Below are positions 56,024-64,000 of a DNA stretch of 64,000 bases, in pieces; position 1 is the first letter of the stretch, and each line of letters starts with the position of its first letter. The DNA lies in NCBI GenBank assembly GCA_045616665.1, contig JAZLHE010000036.1, forward strand, positions 1,011 to 65,010, in the 5' to 3' direction. Both the position numbers and the translations under genes were made by a program. This DNA is from Bacteroidales bacterium (GTDB taxonomy: Bacteria > Bacteroidota > Bacteroidia > Bacteroidales > WCHB1-69). Under the pieces are notes generated by a model. It had not been told where the DNA came from. It worked only from the letters and a program-made list of their open reading frames with translations, and searched no databases.

Positions 56024-57409
56024 TTAGGAAGTTTTGTCAACCAGTCCGCCCAAGAAATCATTAATCTTATTGGATATAAAATCATATTTTCGATTACCTG
56101 AAAAAATTGAAGATCCTTTAGAAGTTTTCTTTTCTTCTTTTTTCTTATTTGGTTTTTGCTTTGAGGGTTCGGGTTTTCTTATCAGTTCTTCCACAGGTTC
56201 TTCCATTTCATCCATTTCCCTGCCCCTTTCTTCAATACCACATTTCAACAATCCCAAGGCAGTAGCGTACATCGGGTGTTTTAATTCGCTGGAAATATTA
56301 TGGACAAAACCAAATTCGGGCACGCCGATACGAACTGGTTTTTGCAAGGTATATTGGCACAATTCCTTAATATGCTTAAGTGTGGCGCCACCACCGGTAA
56401 GCACTACGCCAGCATTCAACTTGTCCGCATAACCAGAATCTTCGATTTCTTTTTTCACCTGATCAAGAATATCGTTTTGCACGCGCATATTGATAATCTT
56501 GGCCAAAAAAGTTTCATTGATTTGACGAGGGGGAACAGCGTGGAATTGCGGAAGCGCCATATAATGATTGGCATTACTTTTTTCCACGATACACGTGCCA
56601 AAATTAACCTTCAGTTTTTCCGCCAACTCTTCGGTAATCCTGCAAACGTTAGCTATATCTTTCGTAATAATGCTTCCACCAATAGGAATAACCTTTGTAA
56701 ACACTGGGCTTCCGCCGTAGAAAATGGCCAAATCCGTAGTACCGCCACCTATATCCACCAAGGCCACGCCTTGCTCTTTTTCTTCCTGGCTCAAGCAAGA
56801 AAGACCTGAAGCCACCGGTTCAAGTATAACTTTTTCGGCTTTCAAGTCAGCATTGCGAATACACATCAAAATCTTATTGATTTCAGCGGCATTGCCTGTG
56901 ATAAGCTGATAGTAACCTTCTATCAATTCGCCTAATTCGCCAACCGGTTCCGACGTTTCCCTATTATGGTCGATAACGAATCGTTGAGGTATAACCGTAA
57001 TAATCTGTTCACCTGCCGGCACCGAAATATTATTGAGATCAGCCAACATCTGATCAATTTCATCCTGATTAATGACAAAATTCTTGCCATTCAAGCGAGT
57101 GATGACGTGTTTGTATTCGATACTTTTAATGTGTCGGCCTGCCACACCCACATAGACGTTGCGCACTTGAAATCCGTCTGCTCTATTTTCGGCATTTTGT
57201 TTGGATATGTTGATACCATCCACCGTCTTGTTTATGTTATAGACCAAACCGTGCTGCACCCCTGTTGACTCGGCCTTTCCGTGACCGATAATGTCAATCT
57301 TGCCATCTGCGGTTTTATAGCCGATGATAGTGGCAATCTTGGTTGTTCCAATATCCAAGCCAACTACCATATCCGGGGTTTGCGGCATTGTATCTTCTTC
57401 TGCTTTCAT
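56024..57409 (-). CDS. ftsA: Cell division protein FtsA
   Basis: Actin-fold motifs VVGLDIGTTKIA and LVDIGGGTTDLAIF. Basic C-terminal tail. Located between ftsQ and ftsZ. Confidence 0.9.
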   Translation of the reverse strand: MKAEEDTMPQTPDMVVGLDIGTTKIATIIGYKTADGKIDIIGHGKAESTGVQHGLVYNINKTVDGINISKQNAENRADGFQVRNVYVGVAGRHIKSIEYKHVITRLNGKNFVINQDEIDQMLADLNNISVPAGEQIITVIPQRFVIDHNRETSEPVGELGELIEGYYQLITGNAAEINKILMCIRNADLKAEKVILEPVASGLSCLSQEEKEQGVALVDIGGGTTDLAIFYGGSPVFTKVIPIGGSIITKDIANVCRITEELAEKLKVNFGTCIVEKSNANHYMALPQFHAVPPRQINETFLAKIINMRVQNDILDQVKKEIEDSGYADKLNAGVVLTGGGATLKHIKELCQYTLQKPVRIGVPEFGFVHNISSELKHPMYATALGLLKCGIEERGREMDEMEEPVEELIRKPEPSKQKPNKKKEEKKTSKGSSIFSGNRKYDFISNKINDFLGGLVDKTS

Positions 57410-58177
57410 TTATAAATTTCTTTTTTTTGCGATTACTCGATTTTTATATCTTAAATCCAACGTGGAATAAGCATCCATTCCCATATAGACCAATCCTTTT
57501 TGATAAGTTTGTTGCAAATTGAACAACTTTTCCTGTGCATTGGCTTCGGTTCCAAACACCACGATATGTCTCCCCACCGTAGGTACCAGCATTACTTCGT
57601 TATGGGCATCAACATAAAGTTGTCGAAATTGAGCCCTATAAAATTCATCGTCATTGAGGTACGTGGCGATTTTATAGACTCGGGTTAGATTTCCCTTGCC
57701 TGACGCAATATTTTTCCCTTTGGCAAATGTTTCCGCAATCTTTCCGTTGGCCACCATCACATTTTCCTTAACAGACATTGAAAAAGGAAGAAGGTTTCCT
57801 TTTTCATCGACAAAATATTGGGAACCATCTTGGGCATAGACGTGTAACAAGATATTTTTCAGGGTAACCTGAATTTTTAATTTCGTACTGGAAAAGCGGA
57901 CCTCATCCACACTTTCGACATACGGATTTTGTTCAAGCAACTCGGCAATTTTTTCCAATTCAATGTCTTTCAAAGGAACGCCGACCGTAGGGATATTGTT
58001 TTGCGTGATGAGTTTGCAGATGTCACTATCGCAAATGGCAGGATATTCTCCCGCATATTGCACTTTGAAATCGTAACCGGAGCAAGGGCGCTTAGGCATT
58101 TGAATAGCCGCCAAAACAATGCCTGCCACAATAGCAGCACATAATAAGACAGCAACAATAAACCGGAAAATTTTCAC
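57410..58177 (-). CDS. ftsQ: Cell division protein FtsQ (POTRA-containing)
   Basis: N-terminal anchor IVAVLLCAAIVAGIVLAAI. Size and position directly upstream of ftsA. Confidence 0.75.
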   Translation of the reverse strand: MKIFRFIVAVLLCAAIVAGIVLAAIQMPKRPCSGYDFKVQYAGEYPAICDSDICKLITQNNIPTVGVPLKDIELEKIAELLEQNPYVESVDEVRFSSTKLKIQVTLKNILLHVYAQDGSQYFVDEKGNLLPFSMSVKENVMVANGKIAETFAKGKNIASGKGNLTRVYKIATYLNDDEFYRAQFRQLYVDAHNEVMLVPTVGRHIVVFGTEANAQEKLFNLQQTYQKGLVYMGMDAYSTLDLRYKNRVIAKKRNL

Positions 58178-58291
58178 TTCTTTACTCCTTAAGGTTAGCG
58201 TACAAAAATAAAAAATTCTTGTGCGCCAAACCTCGTCAGAATAAAGATATAATAAACAACTTAATGTTAATTAAACCGTAGCTCCAAATCC

Positions 58292-58726
58292 CTATTTTGT
58301 AGGATAAGGAATCACGATATCATCGCAATATTCGCAACGATACGAACGTTTGTCTTTATCAACCAAGTGGAAAACGTGGTCAAAATAATGTTCAACGGAC
58401 GTAACGCAACGCGGATTTTTGCATTTGATGATGTTTCTTACCACTTGTGGTACTTCTAATTGAACTTTTTTTACGGATTTCCCATTATCGATGATATTGA
58501 CCGTGATATGGGGGTCAATAAGACCTAAAAAAGTGTAATCTATATCGATAACATTATTGATTTTGATGATATCCTTCTTACCCATTTTTTTACTTGGGGC
58601 ATTGGTAATCAAGGCAACATTGTATTCTGCCTTATCCAATTTCAAATAATTATACACTTGAAATCCGAAACCTGCTTTGATATGGTCGATGACAATACCT
58701 TTGTCAATACTGGTAATTTCTAACAT
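58292..58726 (-). CDS. pyrI: Aspartate carbamoyltransferase regulatory subunit
   Basis: IDKGIVIDHI, and the zinc-domain Cys pairs CKNPRCVT and YRCEYCD. Confidence 0.9.
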   Translation of the reverse strand: MLEITSIDKGIVIDHIKAGFGFQVYNYLKLDKAEYNVALITNAPSKKMGKKDIIKINNVIDIDYTFLGLIDPHITVNIIDNGKSVKKVQLEVPQVVRNIIKCKNPRCVTSVEHYFDHVFHLVDKDKRSYRCEYCDDIVIPYPTK

Positions 58727-58736
58727 AATCCTGTTT

Positions 58737-59660
58737 TTAATAAATTCCTAACAACTTCAATATCAATGCCATACGGACATACATACCGTTTTTGGCTTGA
58801 GCGAAATACTGTGCACGCGGGTCAGCATCGACTTCGACACTGATTTCGTTCACACGTGGCAGCGGGTGAAGAATATACGTATCGGGACGTGCGTATGCCA
58901 TCTTATCCATATCCAGGATAAAACGATCCTTCAAGCGAATATAGTCTTCTTCGTTGAAGAAACGCTCACGTTGAACACGGGTCATATACAAGAAATCGAG
59001 TTGGCCCATATAAGGTTCCATTTCCTGTACTTCCTGGAAAGGAATGCCCTTTTTCTTGATTACTTCTTCCCTAATATATTCCGGAACGCGCAATTCTTCG
59101 GGTGAAATCAGAATAAACTTGACCCCTTCGTAATTGCTGAGGAATTTAATTAATGAATGAACGGTACGACCGAACTTCAAGTCACCACAGAAACCGTAGG
59201 TTTTGTTTTCCACATTGCCACGCAAACGCTCAATCGTCAGAATATCGGTCAGGGTTTGTGTCGGATGCTGATGACCACCATCTCCCGCATTGATCAATGG
59301 CATGTGAATATAGTGACTTGCCACACGCGGAGCACCTTCTTTGGGATGTCTCATAGCAGCGATATCGGCATAGCACTGAATCGTACGAATGGTATCGGCG
59401 ATACTTTCGCCCTTGGCCGTCGAACTGGAATTCGGTTCTGAAAAGCCGATGACTTTTCCGCCAAGACGCAACATAGCGGCTTCAAAGCTGAAACGCGTAC
59501 GGGTACTGGGTTCATAAAAAAGAGTTGCCAAGATTTTACCCTCACAACTCTTTCCAAATTTTTCCGGATTTTCAACAATTTGATGTGCCAAATCAAAAAT
59601 TTCACGAAATTCTTCGCGGGTGAAATCCGAAGGGTCTATAAGGCATCTATTCTTTAACAA
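58737..59660 (-). CDS. pyrB: Aspartate carbamoyltransferase catalytic subunit
   Basis: [15 protein letters not shown], and HPLPRV. Confidence 0.95.
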   Translation of the reverse strand: MLKNRCLIDPSDFTREEFREIFDLAHQIVENPEKFGKSCEGKILATLFYEPSTRTRFSFEAAMLRLGGKVIGFSEPNSSSTAKGESIADTIRTIQCYADIAAMRHPKEGAPRVASHYIHMPLINAGDGGHQHPTQTLTDILTIERLRGNVENKTYGFCGDLKFGRTVHSLIKFLSNYEGVKFILISPEELRVPEYIREEVIKKKGIPFQEVQEMEPYMGQLDFLYMTRVQRERFFNEEDYIRLKDRFILDMDKMAYARPDTYILHPLPRVNEISVEVDADPRAQYFAQAKNGMYVRMALILKLLGIY

Positions 59661-59775
59661 AATAAGGTCCTCCTATGATTTTATGTTGGTTGTTATTTTT
59701 TAATTGATTTCAATATGCCAATATTTGCGCAAAAATACGAAAAAAAACTTTTGCACGACATTTTTTTGCGATTTT

Positions 59776-62370
59776 TTATTTTACGCCGACCACTTTTTGT
59801 TTGCTCCAACGCTTGCCCTGATGATTCCAGCAAGTAACTTTAACCACATATAATCCTGGCGGAACCAAATTTCCATTGTCATCGACACCATCCCAGACAC
59901 TGTGGCATTCCGAACCACATAAAATATTGTCTTTCAGTTTTCTAACCAATAATCCCTGCGAAGTATAAATCCATAAAGAAAACCTGTTTTCCAAATCCGA
60001 AAACTTACAGAAAATTTCAGTATAGTCGTCAAATCCGTCATTGTCGGGAGAAAATATTTCCGGCTGAACAGAAAAAACATTTTCTGACAATAAGGCGGAA
60101 GACATTTGGGAATTTTCGTATCCTGGCGTGCCGAAGTTCACACTGGCAGATGCTGACTTCCAATTTTGTTCATCCTGCGTATCACATTCATAGCGAACCC
60201 GTTCCAACGAAACACCATCGGTACTGGTCAGCATTTTATAATGCATCTTCTCGTCATACTCCAATCTGTCTATGCGATTTAATGACACATCCGTCAAATG
60301 AACAACCCCGTGAGAATTAGCAAAAGACGGCAATGAATCACATTGTAAAAGTGCATTTTTATCTAAAGGATAATAATGATTATATGTCAGCTGCCTATTT
60401 TTACACAAAGCCACTATTTTTTGCGGAAACAATTGATAACCATCACTTTGCGCAATCGCAGTTTTTTCAGGAATTTCTCCAGACCCATTCCCTATCTTCA
60501 ATTTCTTTAAGTCCACAATAAAAGATGAATTATTATAAATCTCAACATAATCCGCATCTTCGTTTGAAGGAGAATCAAATAGTATTTCATTAATTATCAA
60601 ATCATTATTGGAAGGAACCTCATCTAAGCCAAACATAAGCATATTGCCCAACGGCAAAATATTTCCCGCACAATCGCATACGGAATCTGTGACAGAAAGC
60701 TGATAAACAATTCCTTTGCGCAATGCCTTGTCAAAAATCACATCCACGGCGTTATCAAAAGGGGAAACCATCGACAAAGATAAAACCTGCAATTCCCGGT
60801 CAACAGAGAACACCGGATGATAATGAATTAGAGAAACCGTTTCTGAAAAGAAAACCCTTATCTTGTTGGTATCCAAGACGGTTGCAGTTGCCAACAAAGG
60901 AGATTCATAATCAGGATTTATCGTTGCGATGGAATTGACGCGACCCGGTGTCCCGCCCATATCATCCACGGAAGAATCCCAATTTTCATTATTTCCGCAG
61001 GGATTATTGACATCTATCATTTCCAACGACCAACCGCCTTCTTTTTTGACCGATGTTCGATGCCAGTCATTACTGAATTTTATCGCATAGACCACTTCGT
61101 CATACGAATTATATAAAATCAGTTCCTGCCCTCCGTCAGTAATGCTCAAGGACGAAACACCAACCGTATTTTCACAAAAATCACGCATTAGCGCCACATT
61201 GTTTTCTGCTGTCACCACTGCAAAACCGCCTTGAGGAAGCAGAATATCCGGCAAAGGTTTCAGCGTTTTTCCCACCTGCAGTTTCCATCCCGACAAACGG
61301 ACTTCACCGCCTACCCTGTTTTGCAACTCCACATACTCTACGGCGGGCAACAAGACCGTTGGGGTAGGATCAGCCATTATTTCGCTGATGACCACATCAT
61401 TTCTTTTGATTTTATGACAGAAAAAGATCAATGTAGTATCTACCATCACATTTCCTGCCAAATCACGTACACCACTCACCTGCAACATATATCTTTGGTC
61501 TTCAACAAATTGATAGGGAAAGAAAAGCATCACCTGCCGATAATCAGGAAAAATATATTCACAAATTAGCGGACTAACATCAATTCCAGCAATATGATAA
61601 TGAATTGAATTCAATGCCGTTTCATCCACAATTTCCGAAAAAACAAGCGATACCGTCTGAAAATCATCATTGCCATAACAAGCTTGAAGAACAGGGCAAA
61701 TGCTATCTATAATGGCCGGGCCAAGGTAAATATCGTCAAAAATGAATTTATTGGCATTACTGCCGGTATATTTACAGTAAATTCCCGCAAAATTTGCCTC
61801 CGTAGTCTTATCAAAAAACGTATCCGCCTGCATTCGGTACCAACCCATTTCAGAATTGTCAATCCACAAACTCCAACGATTTTCAACAGTTTTCAATATT
61901 TTTACCCGCAAGTCAAAATTAGTGGCAATCATAGCGTCAGGACCACGCATCACCGATGTGGTTTGGCCATTTTCCACATAAAACAATTCTATGGCATCCT
62001 GAGCCAGATTTTCACCAAACTGCAGATAAAATCCCGTCAAACTATCCGATTTTAAATCAGACACGTTGGACAAGAGATAAATTCTTGCAAAATTATTATT
62101 GGAAGGCGCAAAATCCAGTTTAATTTTGAAATACCACTCCACATCCTGATTCCATACCTCCAAACTGTCCAACGAAAACACCATAGACGATATGCCCGTT
62201 TGAGAAGCATTTAACTGTAATTGATTGTTACTGTTGATTTTGAAATCGGATGTATCTCCAATCCAGGGAGGATTAACGGACAAATTGCCATCGGAGAAAT
62301 CATCATTTACCTGCGCGAAAAGAGTAATGTTCACGCAGAAACACATTAAAAGCCAAGCCATCTTTTTCAT
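59776..62370 (-). CDS. Large secreted protein with two lamin-tail (LTD)-like domains and a CHU_C/T9SS-type-B-like C-terminal domain
   Basis: Signal peptide MKKMAWLLMCFCVNITLFAQ. LTD-like ISEIMADPTP..VEYVELQN...SGWKLQVG and INEILFDSPS..ADYVEIYNNS. C-terminal IFSPDNDGFDDYTEI...GLYVVKV. The ATG at 62370 is preferred because the promoter box lies at 62411-62418. Confidence 0.65.
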   Translation of the reverse strand: MKKMAWLLMCFCVNITLFAQVNDDFSDGNLSVNPPWIGDTSDFKINSNNQLQLNASQTGISSMVFSLDSLEVWNQDVEWYFKIKLDFAPSNNNFARIYLLSNVSDLKSDSLTGFYLQFGENLAQDAIELFYVENGQTTSVMRGPDAMIATNFDLRVKILKTVENRWSLWIDNSEMGWYRMQADTFFDKTTEANFAGIYCKYTGSNANKFIFDDIYLGPAIIDSICPVLQACYGNDDFQTVSLVFSEIVDETALNSIHYHIAGIDVSPLICEYIFPDYRQVMLFFPYQFVEDQRYMLQVSGVRDLAGNVMVDTTLIFFCHKIKRNDVVISEIMADPTPTVLLPAVEYVELQNRVGGEVRLSGWKLQVGKTLKPLPDILLPQGGFAVVTAENNVALMRDFCENTVGVSSLSITDGGQELILYNSYDEVVYAIKFSNDWHRTSVKKEGGWSLEMIDVNNPCGNNENWDSSVDDMGGTPGRVNSIATINPDYESPLLATATVLDTNKIRVFFSETVSLIHYHPVFSVDRELQVLSLSMVSPFDNAVDVIFDKALRKGIVYQLSVTDSVCDCAGNILPLGNMLMFGLDEVPSNNDLIINEILFDSPSNEDADYVEIYNNSSFIVDLKKLKIGNGSGEIPEKTAIAQSDGYQLFPQKIVALCKNRQLTYNHYYPLDKNALLQCDSLPSFANSHGVVHLTDVSLNRIDRLEYDEKMHYKMLTSTDGVSLERVRYECDTQDEQNWKSASASVNFGTPGYENSQMSSALLSENVFSVQPEIFSPDNDGFDDYTEIFCKFSDLENRFSLWIYTSQGLLVRKLKDNILCGSECHSVWDGVDDNGNLVPPGLYVVKVTCWNHQGKRWSKQKVVGVK

Positions 62371-62410
62371 CGGATAGTAGATTAAGTTATTTTTTAGTTT
62401 ATTTTTTTTG

Positions 62411-62427
62411 CAAAAATAGTATCTTTG
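62411..62427. promoter_or_regulatory. Back-to-back divergent -7 boxes
   Basis: CAAAAATA (reverse complement TATTTTTG, 62411-62418) serves the LTD gene and TATCTTTG (62420-62427) serves asd. One nucleotide separates them. Confidence 0.5.
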
Positions 62428-62477
62428 CAGAATAAAAAACACTATTGTTAATAACTTTTTATAAATTTTGAAAGAAA

Positions 62478-63470
62478 ATGAAAATAGCATTAGTTGGAGC
62501 CACCGGATTAGTCGGAAGTGTAATGTTAAAAGTCTTGGAAGAACGCGGATTTGGGAGCAATGAACTGATTGCCGCCGCTTCCTCAAAATCAGTAGGAAAG
62601 AAGTTGACTTTTGCCGGAAAGGAAATCACGGTAGTAAGCGTGGAACAAGCCATTGCGGAGAAACCGGATATTGCTATTTTCTCGGCAGGAAGCGGGGCTT
62701 CCCTACAATACGCGCCGCAATTTGCAGCCCAAGGCACCTACGTAGTGGACAATTCCTCGGCGTGGCGTTATGAGAAGCACATTCCACTTATCGTGCCGGA
62801 AATCAATGGGGACGTTATCACTGCCGATGACCATATCATTGCCAATCCCAACTGTTCCACCATTCAAATGGTTTTAGCCTTGGCTCCATTGCATAATCAA
62901 TTCAAAATCAATAGATTAGTTATTTCAACTTATCAATCTGTAAGCGGAACCGGGGTTAAAGCCCTGAACCAACTTTTCAGCGAAAGAGAAGGGAAAGATT
63001 GCGAAAAAGCCTATCCATACAGAATAGATTTGAATTTATTGCCTCACGGTGGCACATTTGAAGACAACGGCTATACAACGGAAGAAATGAAATTGGTGAA
63101 GGAAACTCGAAAAATTCTTCGGGACGACAGCATTCGCATAACAGCCACCGTAGTGAGAGTTCCTGTCACGGGAGGACACTCAGAGGCCGTAAACATTGAA
63201 TTTGAAAAAGACTACGAACTCGCAGACATTTATCGCTTATTGAACGAAATGCCCGGAATCAAAGTCATTGACAACCCTGCCGACAACGAATATCCAATGC
63301 CTTACTTCGCCAAGGACAAAGATGAAGTTTTCGTAGGAAGAATCCGTCGTGACGAATCTCAGGAAAAGGCATTAAACATTTGGGTAGTTGCGGACAATCT
63401 TCGCAAGGGGGCCGCCACCAATGCGGTTCAGATTGCCCAACTGCTTTGTCAAAAAGGATTTGTGAAGTAA
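62478..63470 (+). CDS. asd: Aspartate-semialdehyde dehydrogenase
   Basis: MKIALVGATGLVGSVM, IANPNCSTIQM (catalytic Cys), and VPVTGGHSEAV. Confidence 0.95.
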   Translation: MKIALVGATGLVGSVMLKVLEERGFGSNELIAAASSKSVGKKLTFAGKEITVVSVEQAIAEKPDIAIFSAGSGASLQYAPQFAAQGTYVVDNSSAWRYEKHIPLIVPEINGDVITADDHIIANPNCSTIQMVLALAPLHNQFKINRLVISTYQSVSGTGVKALNQLFSEREGKDCEKAYPYRIDLNLLPHGGTFEDNGYTTEEMKLVKETRKILRDDSIRITATVVRVPVTGGHSEAVNIEFEKDYELADIYRLLNEMPGIKVIDNPADNEYPMPYFAKDKDEVFVGRIRRDESQEKALNIWVVADNLRKGAATNAVQIAQLLCQKGFVK

Positions 63471-63472
63471 TC

Positions 63473-64000
63473 TTACATCACCAACTTGAAACCCACGCCG
63501 TGCACATTGATAATCTGTACGGAAGGTTCAGTGACAAAATACTTACGCAACTTGGTAATATAAACATCCATACTACGGGCATTGTAATAGCTGTCATCGC
63601 CCCAGATTTTCTTCAGAGCAAAACCGCGCTCAAGGACTTCATTCTTTTTATTGATAAGCATAAGCAGCAATTCCGTTTCGCGCGTGGTCAGTTTTTTTTC
63701 TTCTCCTTGAATATTCAAGGTTTGCCGCATTGTATCAAAGGTGATACTGCCCAAATTCACCACGGTAGGGGTTTCGCTGTCGTCGGACTGCACTGCACGG
63801 CGCAATAAGGCCTGAATGCGAGCCAACAAGACTTCCATCGTAAATGGTTTAGTCACATAATCATCACCCACAGACAGACCTTCGATAATATCTTCCTGCT
63901 GATTTTTGGCGGTAAGGAAGATGATAGGCATTTTACTGTCCAATTTACGGATTTCTCGAGCCAGGGTAAAACCGTCCTTCAGTGGCATCATCACATCCAC
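63473..64000 (-). CDS. OmpR/PhoB-family response regulator (5' end outside the window)
   Basis: Receiver C-terminal half DVMMPLKDGFTLAREIR..PIIFLTAK..YVTKPF, and the winged-helix output LTTRETELLL...YITKLRKY...IINVHGVGFKLV. Truncated by the window edge. Confidence 0.85.
   Translation of the reverse strand: MDVMMPLKDGFTLAREIRKLDSKMPIIFLTAKNQQEDIIEGLSVGDDYVTKPFTMEVLLARIQALLRRAVQSDDSETPTVVNLGSITFDTMRQTLNIQGEEKKLTTRETELLLMLINKKNEVLERGFALKKIWGDDSYYNARSMDVYITKLRKYFVTEPSVQIINVHGVGFKLVM

Noticed and set aside
1-64000. Scan for CRISPR arrays, tRNA, rRNA and tmRNA genes
   Set aside because: No regularly spaced direct repeats were seen. No intergenic segment shows cloverleaf-compatible tRNA features or rRNA-like sequence. 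The large intergenic regions are explained by promoters, terminators and the repeats listed above.

Overview
AT-rich chromosomal segment of a Bacteroidota (probably Bacteroidales-like) genome. Supporting this placement: TAnnTTTG -7 promoter boxes upstream of most genes, a 287-aa sigma-A, a murF-alr fusion and T9SS C-terminal sorting domains. About 50 genes are called. The housekeeping backbone is murF/alr, rpoD, htrA-like protease, rplU-rpmA, rseC-like, alpha-2-macroglobulin, speB-like agmatinase, two AlgX/AlgJ-like genes plus an MBOAT, tonB, sufCD, rlmH, rsmA, serS, dprA, a GT9 glycosyltransferase, an OYE flavoenzyme, guaB, kdd-like, ftsQAZ, pyrBI, asd and a partial OmpR-type regulator. The main accessory feature is at 1.3-9.0 kb. 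A tyrosine recombinase is followed by four cassettes. Each cassette is a short ORF starting just before the terminal Rhs/YD core motif, continuing into an unrelated toxin domain, and followed by an exported putative immunity gene. The toxin domains carry HExxH, YkuD-like, JAMM and possibly PLA2-like motifs. The cassettes have their own promoters, repeated junction sequences and a duplicated copy of the murF promoter region, so the locus looks integron-like or rAID-like. Other accessory or unusual items are a type II C5-methyltransferase/endonuclease pair, two copies of a 190-220 bp structured intergenic repeat, a T9SS-targeted C10 peptidase homolog lacking both catalytic residues, a lipoprotein with a Cys/His-rich 13-aa tandem repeat, and a long-range hairpin leader upstream of dprA. 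I saw no rRNA, tRNA or CRISPR array. All domain calls are by-eye motif recognition without database searches.
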